From Nemertoderma westbladi (taxonomy: Eukaryota; Animalia; Xenacoelomorpha): a stretch of DNA of 64,000 bases. Below, piece after piece: positions 1-12,200 of the stretch. The stretch is from contig JAUCBJ010001771.1 of the NCBI GenBank assembly GCA_032718475.1, positions 1-64,000 on the forward strand, given 5' to 3'. Position numbers and translations under genes: made by a program. The first letter of the stretch is position 1, and the number at the start of each line of letters is the position of its first letter. The notes under the pieces were generated by a model. That model did not search any database. It was given only the letters and a program-made list of their open reading frames with translations, and was not told the origin of the DNA.

Positions 1-318
1 ATAGAAAAATGACTACTTATAACTTTGGATATAAAATGTAAAATTTACATTTTAAATCCAAGGAAGTCTCACTTCTTATATTATACCGGTACTTACTACG
101 GCATTAGTGTCAAATAGGGGACCCTCCTAATCTGCCTCAGCCTCAGGACAATGCATCGCTAGGGGGGGGGGGGGGGGGGGGGTGGGGGGGGTGTCAATGT
201 AACACAACGTAATTATCAAATTCTAATTCCAGCCAATCACTAGGGGGGAGAATAAAATAACACTTCTTGCAATTTGCAATTGATCTTGCCCTGAAATAGG
301 AAATTCAATTTGTGAATT

Positions 319-962
319 TGTAAGCGGATTCAATTCCGTTTATTACCCACCGAAAATGGGGTTAGTGGCATTTTACCAATATAGTTGGCGATGTGAGATT
401 ACCAATAATAATCTCACCTCATAACCAACTGGGGCGATACACGCCGTAAGCCACAGAGAGAGGTGAGAGGTCAAACCACCTCAGAGGGACAAACAAGCTA
501 GTAAGGCTAGCACCAAGGGACAACGCCAACAGGGAGTGGCGAGGTGAGAATTAATCAGGTTAAGCCAATAGTGGGCGGGAAAGCACATTGGGGAGGACAA
601 GAGCGCATCTATTGGATATTAAGGCCGCCCTGTAGTGTAGGGCTAATGTAATATGTGTCAATGATATAACCGTTGTGATTACTGATTATTAGTTTAGTTG
701 ATTTCCTTACAGTTGTGAGACCGGAATAGTTTTGACTCGTCGTCGTCGTTACTGACCGTTGTATTGCATATTATTATATTCAGACTGTGCTGTTATCAAT
801 TACTGTGATTATTAATACTGACAATTTAACTCTGTCGTTTTCAACGGCCTTCGGCCAATATATATATCCAGCGTTAGCCCAGCAGCCCACGGACGCGACG
901 ACGCGTACAATCCACACACCGGTCGGAATCCACCACTGTCAACTCCAGTGGATTCCGTCACA
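319..962. mobile_element. Solo LTR (644 bp) of an LTR retrotransposon unrelated to E1/E2
   Basis: Starts TGTAAGCGGA and ends TCCGTCACA (TG...CA with an imperfect terminal inverted repeat). Flanked by an exact 5-bp direct repeat GAATT (314-318 and 963-967). No coding region. Confidence 0.7.
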
Positions 963-1839
963 GAATTATTACATCCCCTAAATAAAAAAACCAAACCACC
1001 CCATTTTTGAGGTGAAATACATGTTTCTGGACGATAATTAATGCAATGGGGGGGGGGGGGGGGTTCGTTCAATTGTGGGCCATTGTCTGCTAACGTGCTT
1101 GGTGCTGTCTGCGAACGTGATCATTGTTGCGAGTGAGAAGCGACCGAGCGTGGTGAGATCATGGCTGCGAGCGTGGTGTGCTCACTACTGCATGTGAGTT
1201 GCGACAATCCTGGAACAAGCGTGATCACAACGTACGACTGTATAAGCATGCTCACTGCCGCGAGCGTAATTCAATATTGTGAATGGAGACTAAGCAGGGG
1301 AGGTAGGGATGTGATTCTTGAAGAAAATCACATCCCAGGGAATGAATACCTCGCAAAAAATAATCAAAAAAATATTATTGAATTAAAATACTAAAAGTAT
1401 CATATGTCACTGCTGCCTGTGTGACGTTAATTTCTGCCAAATGTTGCGAGAGTGCTCTATCCTAAAGTATTATCAGAACAGCTTCCTTCACCACTTTCAT
1501 GTAGTGTAGACCGATGATACCAACTAATCAAAATCATAATAACAACCCTTACAGCCATGATTATAAATGAAATTAAATAAGTTAAAATATTAATGATTAT
1601 GAAACCAAACGTACATTATTTCGAGCACAATTTGCCAAAAATTACCTCCATAAAGAACAGAAACTCGCCAAGTTGGAGTTAAGATAATATATTTAAAAAA
1701 AGTTACAAAGTAAAATGAAATTGTAAGTTAAAGTGTTTAGTTTATGTATAGTGCGTAAAACAAGGGATGTATTTCTTTACTCATTCCTACCCACAAATAA
1801 ACAATTAACATATAAATAAATAACATTCAATCCTTAGCC

Positions 1840-2736
1840 TCAAACAATCTCAGGAGTTAGATTGATCAACCGATTACTTTGTTCTACCAGTTCGGAAAGA
1901 GAAACTCGTCCTCTCTGACGAATAAACTTGGCGACCTTAAGAAGTTCCTCTTTCGATATATAAATAAACTTCCCTCGGTCGTCTATAACCCCGGATAGTT
2001 GCTCCGATTCCATTAGCGATCGAACGCGATCGATTGTCTCCTGAGTCTTTAAACCGAATTCAGCGGCCAGATCCTCCATCAGAACGACTTTGGTCTTCTT
2101 TATATAAGTTATGAACTGTTCTAGTTTGTTATCATCATCGTCTTCTGTCTTAGAAAAACCTTCGTCTTCCAGAGTAAAAGTCTCCTTTAACGCCAAATAC
2201 TCGTTATATTCCTGCAGCTCCTTTTCTTCCCTCAAACGTTTTTCTTCCTTCAACCTAGACTCCTCCTCTCTCGCCTCCGCTTCCTCCCGCTCTTTCTGTT
2301 TCTCTTCCAGTAGTTTACTCCTCTGCTTCCGTTCTTCACGCTCCTCCTCCAAGGCGACTCTCGCTTCCGCTGCGGCCGCTTTCATCTCCAACTTCCGTAG
2401 TTTTTTGGTGCCGATCTTACGATCGAGTAACGGTGTTTCTTCCCGTTCCCACTCCTCCCCGGATTCTCCCGATTCGCTATTGCGACCCGCACGTTCTCTG
2501 GCGGCCGCGATCCGCGACTGGGCTGATCGCGCTCCACCGCGTCGACGGATTCCGCCTCCGATTCGCTCCGCCGGACCTCCGACCTGCCTCGCAGGGACCC
2601 CCACCTCCGCTACATGGCCTTTATCTTCCTGATTCCCAAACTCCCTAAGTTTACTAACGACGTAAATAATAACACCAACCAGAGCAGCAAATATAAGCAG
2701 CCCTATTTGTAGTGTTGCCGGGTCTACAACAGCCAT
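1840..2736 (-). CDS. DDRGK1: DDRGK domain-containing protein 1 (UFBP1, UFM1 pathway ER adaptor), 298 aa, intronless
   Basis: N-terminal hydrophobic anchor (IGLLIFAALVGVIIYVV), KIGTKKLRKLE motif, E/R/K-rich coiled coil, and C-terminal winged-helix/PCI-like domain containing SGVIDDRGKFIYIS. Complete ORF. Confidence 0.96.
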   Translation of the reverse strand: MAVVDPATLQIGLLIFAALVGVIIYVVSKLREFGNQEDKGHVAEVGVPARQVGGPAERIGGGIRRRGGARSAQSRIAAARERAGRNSESGESGEEWEREETPLLDRKIGTKKLRKLEMKAAAAEARVALEEEREERKQRSKLLEEKQKEREEAEAREEESRLKEEKRLREEKELQEYNEYLALKETFTLEDEGFSKTEDDDDNKLEQFITYIKKTKVVLMEDLAAEFGLKTQETIDRVRSLMESEQLSGVIDDRGKFIYISKEELLKVAKFIRQRGRVSLSELVEQSNRLINLTPEIV

Positions 2737-3612
2737 CCCGAATCATTAATACATTAGGCTGGTAGGCCCCTAATAAATAGGCCAGGCCTACAACCTGACA
2801 ACACAGCAAACAGCAGAACAGACAACAACATTAAAACATGCCTAACACAAAAGACAATTCAGCAATAGGCCTGTTGTTAGACTGGTGCTTAGATCGTGGC
2901 TTTTCAGCTTTTCCAGTTAACATTATTCCATTTTGTATAAAACAAGTAATGTGGTTGGAGAAAGCTGCTACTAAGCAGCAACCAATCACGTTAATCCTGT
3001 TTAACACAGAGTCAATGAGAATTGAATATTGCTAACATGAAAAAGTTCAGGTTACCATTGCATTATTCCATATCACAGGATCTGTATTCATTATTATCAC
3101 CCTCCTTGTCTGTTTCATTATACAAGTTATACCGAAAGCAGTCAGGCGTCAGGCAGAACAGAGGTACAGCAAATCAAATTATTAAGAATTGATAAGCATC
3201 CGTTGTTGTTAGCCTGTTACGTTAACGTTACACCTTAGTACTTAGGCTGTTTCTGTTAGGCTTAGGCAAGGCACTACAGCACTACTTAGAACTTACAATA
3301 GTTGATAGTACGATACATCAGCGTCATCAGCTACCTATGTCCTCCGGCTGTCCGGCGTCCGGTGCCGACCTCCGGCTGATAGGCCTTCATATAATTTATT
3401 CCATAAGATCAGAATATAGGCTTACACAACACATACAATTTTCAACACACACAACCAGACAACACAACCGCACAATTTTCAACAAATACTACATACTACA
3501 GTACTATTAAATACAGAAATACCACTCCCAGACGCCAGACGCCAGACTCCTGGCAGCCTCTGAGCCTGGGTGGGGTGTCATCGTTGCTCCTGCTCGTGTC
3601 AGGCAGTCAGGG

Positions 3613-4785
3613 TGTAAAGGCTTTTGCGGATCTAGCTAGTCATTTTCCCCGCAAAGTACTCTGTAGGTGTTTTAGCGGACATAAAAAGCCGTTTTCTTAC
3701 TGTGTAGGTGTTTTAGTGGACATAAAAAGCCATTTTTTCTGTATGTGTACTTTAGCGGACATAACAAGCCATTTTATGCCGCAATGCGCCAAAATACTCT
3801 TAATACAGTGTAGTTCAGATGACGACATCTATCAGCTGATATGTCGATGTGGAGCTTTTTGGCTTTCTTTGTTCGGCTCCACTCGACCAATCAGAGCGAT
3901 TTTCATTTTATCTTGCACAGAAGCCTACAGAAGATCACGCAATGCATTATGATCTTTGTTTACCTTTTTTCCTGAGCCCAGAACATCGGCTTTGGAATTA
4001 TTCTGTGTTTCAGACTTTAGCAAAACATTAGAACGGCTTTGATTATAGAAACGTATAACTGTTATCTACCACCTATCATATCATAACTATATGTACCTTT
4101 CACCGCATTATTTTACTGCTATTTACTGTCGGTTATTAATTGTTATCAGTGATGGAATGTTGTTATATTTGGAGAATATCGATAAATAACCATAAAACCC
4201 CAATCTTCTTGATATACTGAAGGTTAGAGACCGGTTACATATAGCAATTGCGACTTACATTATAGTGGTTTTGGAGTGAATTGAATGCTATTTCATAGAC
4301 CCTACATGTGTCAGTTGCTGTTCTCCTTATATATGATCAAATTTAGTGAAGGTCGGCAGATCAGTGTGCAGTAGTGTGCGGTAGTGTGCATGAATGTGAT
4401 AGATAACAAAGCATTTCCTAAAGAATGCGCTTTATACGAAAATCATTAGCCATCCCGTTGCGTTTAGTGTAAGTCATAACTCTGTTTACATACTTAGAGC
4501 ACCACGTCCTAAAGGAACTGTTAATATTTCCCGAAAGTGAATAATATTTGTCAGAGATTATATATTAACGATCAATCGAATAGTAAAGTAAGTCTACACC
4601 GCAATAAGGTCAGAGCATCCGAATCCAGTCTCCCTTAACCGTGGGTGAATGGTCGCGCATAGGCTGGCTTCGGCTAATGTAGCTTTATGTGTATCAAATA
4701 CTTGTTATAGGCTAAAGTCGATTTATAACCTAGAAGACACCTAAATTTGGCAGGTTAAACTGCTAAAGGTCTAAAAGCGCGAACA
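3613..4785 (+). repeat. E1 5' LTR (1173 bp)
   Basis: Matches 17953-18885 over ~930 nt. The right end (...AAAAGCGCGAACA) is placed by homology with the TSD-defined end of the E2 LTR. U3 contains three ~40-nt tandem units (TGTAGGTGTTTTAGCGGACATAAAAAGCC..., 3662-3775). Confidence 0.9.
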
Positions 4786-4798
4786 ATAACAGTTATAC
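4786..4798 (+). promoter_or_regulatory. Putative non-tRNA primer-binding site of E1, complementary to LTR 4053-4065
   Basis: ATAACAGTTATAC directly follows the LTR-terminal CA and is the exact reverse complement of GTATAACTGTTAT at 4053-4065. No TGG-starting tRNA PBS is present. Confidence 0.55.
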
Positions 4799-5824
4799 TT
4801 TCTTTATTGCAACGTAGGCAATAAAGGCAAAAGTACCGGTCGACCGGTAACCAGTAGGCCTAACTACCTAACCACCCGAACCAGTACTTGCAGCAGTACA
4901 GGTAGGCCTACATTAGTATTATTCGATTTTGATAATTATATACCGGTAGGTCTTGATATTTAATCAGGGACTGCAGCCCTGGTTTTTTATTGAGATTTTA
5001 CTTATTTCTGTCAGTTTTATTTACCTGTAAGTTAATATTGAGCAGAAGGCGTGTAAGCCTGCTCAGATTGTACAGATAATTTGTAGGCTGGACTGTTGTC
5101 TGACTGTTGTTAAGTCTGAAGAGATTGCAGTGTGTGCAGAGTGTATGTCCGATAAAGTACTAGTTAGGAACGTGGGGGCATCCAGTGCTGTAAGGTAAAT
5201 CCCCCCCCCCCCCCCCCCCGAAAGAATAAGTCGTACTACTCGGTTAGAACGCATACTAACTAACCATTTCGGAGTCTGCATATACTGTAGTTTATTTAGG
5301 CTTGATAGTAGTCTGCCAGCGTTTGGTCTGTATTTTGTTTGTGTAGTCTGTACGGGTAGCGTAATATTTATTATTCAGAGTTTATGCGATTATTCGCAAC
5401 ATTTACAACCCCAAGTTTATTCCTACAGTAATTGTGCTTGTTATACATACCATTATAGTTAAATTAACCCCGGTACTACATCAGGGCTGTTTGGCGTAGG
5501 TAAAGACTAGTGATTCTATGCTCTGGTCACTCCGGCAGATACCGTGGTTCTTTTAGCTGTACAAGTATTTTTAACTGCTGGTTATTTGTTGTATAAGTAC
5601 TTGTACCTAATTTAGGGTTTAGTGTACAGTGCTTTCCAAAGGTAATTAGTGTGTAGGCAGTATATTTGTGTTGTAAAGTGGTTAATAGGCACGTTAGCTA
5701 TGGTAGGCTGCGGTAATTAACTTCTAGGTAGGAACACTCCATAACACTCCTAACGTAGTACTTATAGCGCTACGGCTATAAGTCGTCAGACGGTGGTATA
5801 TTCAGTTATTCTAAAATAATTGAC

Positions 5825-6085
5825 GTACCGGTATTTACGATAGGCTTATTATATTTATTTCTATAAATTTGGGCTGAAAATATATACCGGTATTCTGTAA
5901 TTAATTCTAGTCTATAATTATACTTATGTATACACTATAAGTGTAAGCTGTATACCGGTATTCACGTTAGGCTTATTATATATCTATATATTTGCGCTGA
6001 TATTATATACCGGTATTCTGTGACGAACCCTAATATTCGATCCGTAATAATACTTATATATACTATAAATGTATACCGGTATTCT
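5825..6085 (+). repeat. Degenerate tandem repeat with five TACCGGTA palindromes in the E1 5' leader
   Basis: TACCGGTA recurs every ~55-70 nt in two alternating unit types. The same array is present in E2 at ~55128-55375. Confidence 0.75.
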
Positions 6086-6219
6086 AATATATTGTATATC
6101 TATCACGTTACACAGAGTAACGATATCGGTAATTAATTACTAGGCTAACAGTGATACTGAATTATTAGACTTGCTTTAACTGTAATTATAGCAGTAGGCA
6201 TTCAACTGTACAAACAAAC

Positions 6220-9200
6220 ATGTCTGACACAAAGCAAAACCTGTCAGACAGTCTCCTAGATACAACCATCTGTGATCCAGATAGGAGTGTGGAACGTTTG
6301 AGACCGAAGTTCAACTCACCTCCTACTGTAAGAAAGGTCATCCCTCCAGTAGTAGTATCAGACCCTAGGCTAGTCAAACACCGTAGGTCTATCATAGGCA
6401 CTCGGGCTCAAGTCAAGCGGGACCAAGAAGCAGCTATTAAACAGCAGCAACACTCGAGCCGAGAACTTATTTCTCAGCAGCCCGATAGCTCCAGTAGTTC
6501 GGATACTGTAGAGCTGACACCCGAGCGCGGAGCAAAGATGGCAGATGCTGTTTATTCGGATCCCCTTCTCATCCTTCCTGCAGCCATACTCACTAGGGTA
6601 TTGATTGCGGTGGAGGAACACCAAATCGATTGGGCGAGAAGTAAGCGATCGACCAAGGACAGTTATGCTGGATACACAAGGGAGGAACTGAAGTCTATTG
6701 TCAAGTCGCAATGGAACTTCCCCGGACCCGGACTCCCGTTTAACTTATCGGAAGCTGCCTGGGAGGACTTACACAGGATGGGAGTGACAAAAGACACTAG
6801 TGATCCAGCTGTGTGGAAGAGGTCGGCAGCAGGATATGTACAGGGATTCTTCAGCTCTTTGGAACGATTAGAAGAACAACTGTTTCGACAACCCCAAGGA
6901 CCTCAAGAGCAGGGAGAGCTGCTTTATCAAGTTAGAGAAAGAATTCTAAGAATCAGACTAATCCTATCGGCCTTTGAGGAAGCTTCGAAAAGAAGACAAG
7001 ACACGTCGTTGCAAGTTGCCATAAAGACTTGGTTCCAGCGGGTGAGTCTCAAGGTTCAAGGAACGGCCCAGTGGAAATTTCAGCTGGCTGAGCGCTCAAC
7101 CCACGGAGAATCAACAGACGCTACCTTTTCTCAAGTGGAAAGCGAAGCGACAGCAGAGAAACCGCAGAAGAAGGACGCTATAGACATCTATCTGTCAGAC
7201 TATCAACGATTTCTAGGTGATGAAGAGTTGAGGAGAAGGCTGGCTGGACTTCGTCCTAATAGTGAAGGAGCCAAGTTTGTGTTGGACGCAATAGATGCGG
7301 AAATGTTAGCTGCGAACCAAGCTAAATTTGATGAAAGCATCCGCATCGCTAGGGTTCAAGAAGAACAAGTGAAGAAAAAACGTATAGAAGATAGAAAGAC
7401 AGCAGCAGCGGCAGCGGCAGAGGCAGAAGCGGAAAGAAAGGCAGTCGAAGTGGAAAGAAAAGCGGCCGAAGTGGAAAGAAAGGCGGCAGTGGCAGCGGCA
7501 GCGGCAGAAGCGGAAAGAAAGGCGGTCGAAGTGGAAAGAAAAGCGGCCGAAGTGGAAAGAAAAGCGGCAGTGGCAGAAGCAGAACGGAGGGCATCTGAAG
7601 AGACAACACAACTAGAGTTGGAAAATCTTCAAGAGAAGCAAGACAACTTCAATAAACAGTTAACAGCTAGTCAAATGCAGATGATGAGTCGATCTACTCC
7701 CAAAAGACAGGGATTTACATCATCTGATGAAGGCGATACCACCGATCCTGAAGGCGGAGGAAATAGATCTCGTTCCAACAGACGTAGAAGAATGCCTCAC
7801 CGTCAGAAATTGCCTGATTTGCCCCCAGCTGTGAGAAGGCAACTAGCTAGCACATACTTAGGTAGTACAGAACCCACAGACTAAATTATTAGATTAGAAA
7901 GACTCCCTACTATAGTAGATAAGCCTGAAATAAATTCCCTTTGCACAGCACTAAACTACCTGTGCCCAGCAGAACAACCCCTGAGACAGTTCCTGTCCTG
8001 GACTCCGAGCAAAATATCAATGATTTGTCGCCCGTTGTCCCTCGTCCACCCGCTACTATGTTGGCGGCTCCCGCTTCGGCGGTAGAGTGGGTGGATGAGG
8101 GACGACGGGAGATGGGTCTCCTGCTCGGGCAGCTGAGGGAACACTGTTTGTGCTCCTCTCAGCAGGTCCGAGAGATGGAAGGGACTGTTCAGCAGTTAAA
8201 GGGAACAGTCAGAGAGGGTAGGTTAGAGTTGCAAGAAGTGCAGCAGAGTATCGCGTTAGAACGCGATAAATTAGTAAATACACAAAAGGGTATACCACCA
8301 CCCCCTGTAACAATGTGTCAACCTGTTAGGTCTGAAGTATTTCATGCGCAAGGTGTGGAGCCTACACGCATCTATACTGCTAGTGAAGTAGAAACTCCCA
8401 TAGTAAACCCTATTAAGGGTAATTATCAACCTGTTGACAATGATATTCCATATAGACCTGATCATAATCCGAGAAATTTATATACCGATAGCTCGATATT
8501 AAATAACACGATGGCCCAAGAAAGTTTTACACGTCAAATGGCTAGAACCGAAGCCCGTCAAGCGGTAAAGGTGGGAGAGATTGTCAAGTTCAATGGAGAT
8601 GAGATGAAATGGTTACCTTTTAATGAATATTACAAAGATAACATACAGAACTCTGTGCTATCTAACAGAGAGAAACTTAGATTCCTCATCGAGTGCTTGG
8701 AAGGATCTCCCAAGTTAATGGCGTTAAAGTTTATTGGACATCCAGATGGATTAAGACAAGTTTGGGATACACTAAACATCAGGTACGGTAATAGGAATAA
8801 CATAGCTAGGTATTTGTATGCAAAATTGGTAGCGCCCCGAAAGTTCATTAGCAGCGGGATTATAGAGTTTTCCGATGAGATTCAGGAGATCTGTAGACAA
8901 TTAGATTGGCTAGGTAAGTCTCATGAATATCAGAGTTCTATGGTTATTGGAGCCGTGGCCTCTACTTTACCAAAGGTTGGAGTAGGTACGCGCTGGGACA
9001 AGAAAGTCTTATATATGATGGAACAACAACGAAGAGACCCTACCATGGCTAATCTCATGTCATTCTTAGATGGAGAGGTAAAATTACAGCTCCTAAAGCA
9101 GTCCAGAGAGAAGACACCGGAAAATAAGGTAAGTGAGAAACCCATTTCTAGGAGAAAGGTAACACCAGTGTGTTATACAGACGATGGCGAAAGCCAGGCT

Positions 9201-12200
9201 TCTCAAGAAGAGGACAGCGGGAAAGACACTGAAAGATCTTACTATGTCAACAAAGCGTCTAAAGACGTAAGTAAATTTAAGTCTCGAACCCATGACAGGA
9301 GAGAACAGGTAAGAAAAATTCCTCCTACGTCTCCTAATAGAGTTCACAGAAGAAAGCCCGAGGAAAGAACGAGAGTGCACAACGTTACCCAAGGTAAGGT
9401 GAGTAACATAAAACCGAAATGTGTACTGTGCGACGGGCCCCACCGTTTGTGTGTGTGATGAATTTCTAAAGAAATCACTAAAGGATAGACGTGAAGTTAT
9501 GTGGGATAAGCGGTTGTGTTATAATTGCCTCAGACAAGGACACCAACGGCGAACCTGTTACTCCGACGCAAGGTGTGCAAAATGTGGCGCGAAACATCAT
9601 ATCTTGTTGCACACTGAATTCGAAAGAAACAGCCCGAGTCAGGTAAGTGAGTCCGAACTACATGTCCAATTCAGTGATGTGAACGACACTGATCAAAGTT
9701 CTGAGATGGAAGGATTCTATACGGATGAATTCTCCGACGAAAATGAATCCTGTTACCTAATAAATACTGCAGTGTATTGAGCACTTACGTATGAGAAGGA
9801 AACCGACAGTGAGCTCCCCCCAACTGCTCCTGACCGACAACCATCTTGGAAAGCACCAACTTCCAATGTAGGAATCCGAGAATTTCCCGTAGTGCAGTTG
9901 AGAGTCCACGGGCCTAAAAAGAGTTATATAGTGAACGCCCTCCTTGACTTCGGCAGCACAGGAACATTCATCGACAAAGAACAAAGACATCTTTGCTGGA
10001 CAACCCAAGCTCCGAACTAAGTTAAATATGTCAGGAATTATGCAGGTTTGGAAATCTACAGTAATTGCAGATTACTATGTAGGTACGTTGTCCACCCCTC
10101 AGGATGAACTAGGAGAACACAGTATAAGGTCAGTAAAAATGGTGGCGATAAAGAACTTCGCTACTAGCCAAGTGGAACCTTATAACTGGGATGAAGACGA
10201 TTTCACCCAGCAGCATAAGATACCTAGATTCAATACAGACTACCCTGGAGTGCAAATACTCATCGGTCAAAATGCGCATGAGGCGCTTGAGACATTGGAG
10301 AAACGGCCTACTCGACCGCAACCACTACAAACCTATGCGGGGAGAACTAGAGTAGGTTGGTACTTTACTGGCCCTTCCCGTAGAACTCTCATGGAAAGGT
10401 TACCCAAAACCAACTTTGCAAAACCAAGTGAACCTATGTCACCTCATTCATCCAGCGGGACAAGTCGATTACAACGACGAACTGAATGAAGTGATAGATC
10501 GTTACAACGCGAAAACTTGCGATGAACACGCCGTACGATTCTTTACTCAAGAGGCTGTAGAGCCCAATTCCTACGATAAGGCCCTATCGGTAGAAGAAGA
10601 AAGAGCCAACCAGATACAGGAAACGACTACACATTTTCTTAAAGATCAAGGTAGATATGAGATTGGTTTGCCTTTCCGACGGCGAGAACCCAATTTTATA
10701 AACAACCGACCCTTGGCGGAGAAGAGAATTGCGCAACTACATCGACGCCTTACGGCAAATGCTGCAGCTAAGGAGATGTACAAGACCCAGCTGAAGAAAT
10801 TCATTGACAAGGGATATGCGGAGCGAGTACCGGAAGGAACACCCATAACTGAGAGAACGTACTATTTAACACATCATTACGTTCCCAAATCCGGTAAACC
10901 CAACGAAGTCCGGGTAGTATTTGACGGCTCCGCCCTCTACATGGGCCAATCCCTTAACTCCGAGTTGTCCAGGACCCAACTTACTACAATCCTTGATGAC
11001 AACCGGGACGCCTTCTCCAAAGAGGTTATCGACAACATCAAACGGGATATATACATGGACGACAATTTAAAGTCCCTCCCATCGGTAGAAGAAGCCATTG
11101 ATGTCGCCAAAGGAACAGTAGAGTGTTTGAAAAGAGGTGGATTTCGATTAACTAAATTCACCAGTAACTCCCGTGAATTTCTGGAATCGATCCCGGTAGA
11201 AGACCGAGGAGTTAAAGATCTAGACCTTATCAAGGACGATCTTCCAGAAACCAAGACGCTTGGTTTGAAATGGGACACGGAGAGAGATATCCTATTTTTC
11301 CAGCTAAAACAGTGAGATAATCCAGTTCGGACTAAACGGATTTGTCTAAGTATCCTGAGCACTTATTTCGATCCATTAGGATTTATTAGCCCAGTTATAT
11401 TGATTGCTCGGAGTTTAGTACAACAAATGTGGCTCAAAAATCACTCATGGGATGATCCACTTAAGGGAGAACTATTAAAGAAATGGATGAAATGGGAAGA
11501 TTCTCTACCATCCATCGAGAACTTTATAATTTCCCGTTCATATTTTGGTCATATTCTCCCCACGTATTCCTATCAACTCCATGTGTTTGGAGACGCCAGC
11601 GATATGGGAATAGGTATAGTAGCCTACCTGAGAGTTGAAACTCCGGATGGAATCAAGGTCGCCTTGGTTACCTCTAAGGCCTTGATAAACAACAAGTTGA
11701 AAGTTCCTCGAGCGGAGTTAAAGGCGGCTCTATACGCTACAGCCATCAGCCGGAATGTAACAGAACAGATTGACTATCCACTGGAGAAAACTGTCTATTG
11801 GACCGATGCTTTACTCGTGTTGGAGTATATAACCAATGAAGTCTGTCAGTTCAGCATCTTCTTTACCAACAGAGTAGCCATTATACTTAGTCGCACGAAG
11901 ATAGATCAATGGAGACATTGCCCTGGGACGATTAATCCAGCCGACATCGCCTCCAGAGGAGCAACTCCACAAGAACTGATAGATACTCCAGACTGGTTAG
12001 GTGGACCCGACTTCCTAAGCAAGGAAGAGGATGAATGGCCTCCTCATCTTACTACGGCAGAGATTAGACAAGCCAAGGGAGCGGAGAAAGTCAAACCTAA
12101 AACCCGAGCGAGTAAATCGAAGTTATTTAAACCCGTGATAGATCTGTCTGTACTACACACTTCTGGAGACGACGCTTTGGATCCAAAAACCCCAGCCACA

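Noticed and set aside
2111-2632. Antisense ORFs over DDRGK1 (likewise 7306-7611, 10937-11362, 41011-41526)
   Set aside because: Shadow frames of real coding sequence with biased composition.
3575-4031. LTR-encoded proteins (also 18180-18380, 46897-47106, 47511-47702, 57499-57708, 58113-58304)
   Set aside because: They recur only because LTRs are duplicated; they are not conserved between E1 and E2 and have no recognisable motifs.
7882-7941. Programmed gag/pol frameshift or readthrough in E1
   Set aside because: E2 reads straight through this region with ~22 extra codons, so the E1 stop and frameshift are decay. E2's two TAGs are sense codons in E1.
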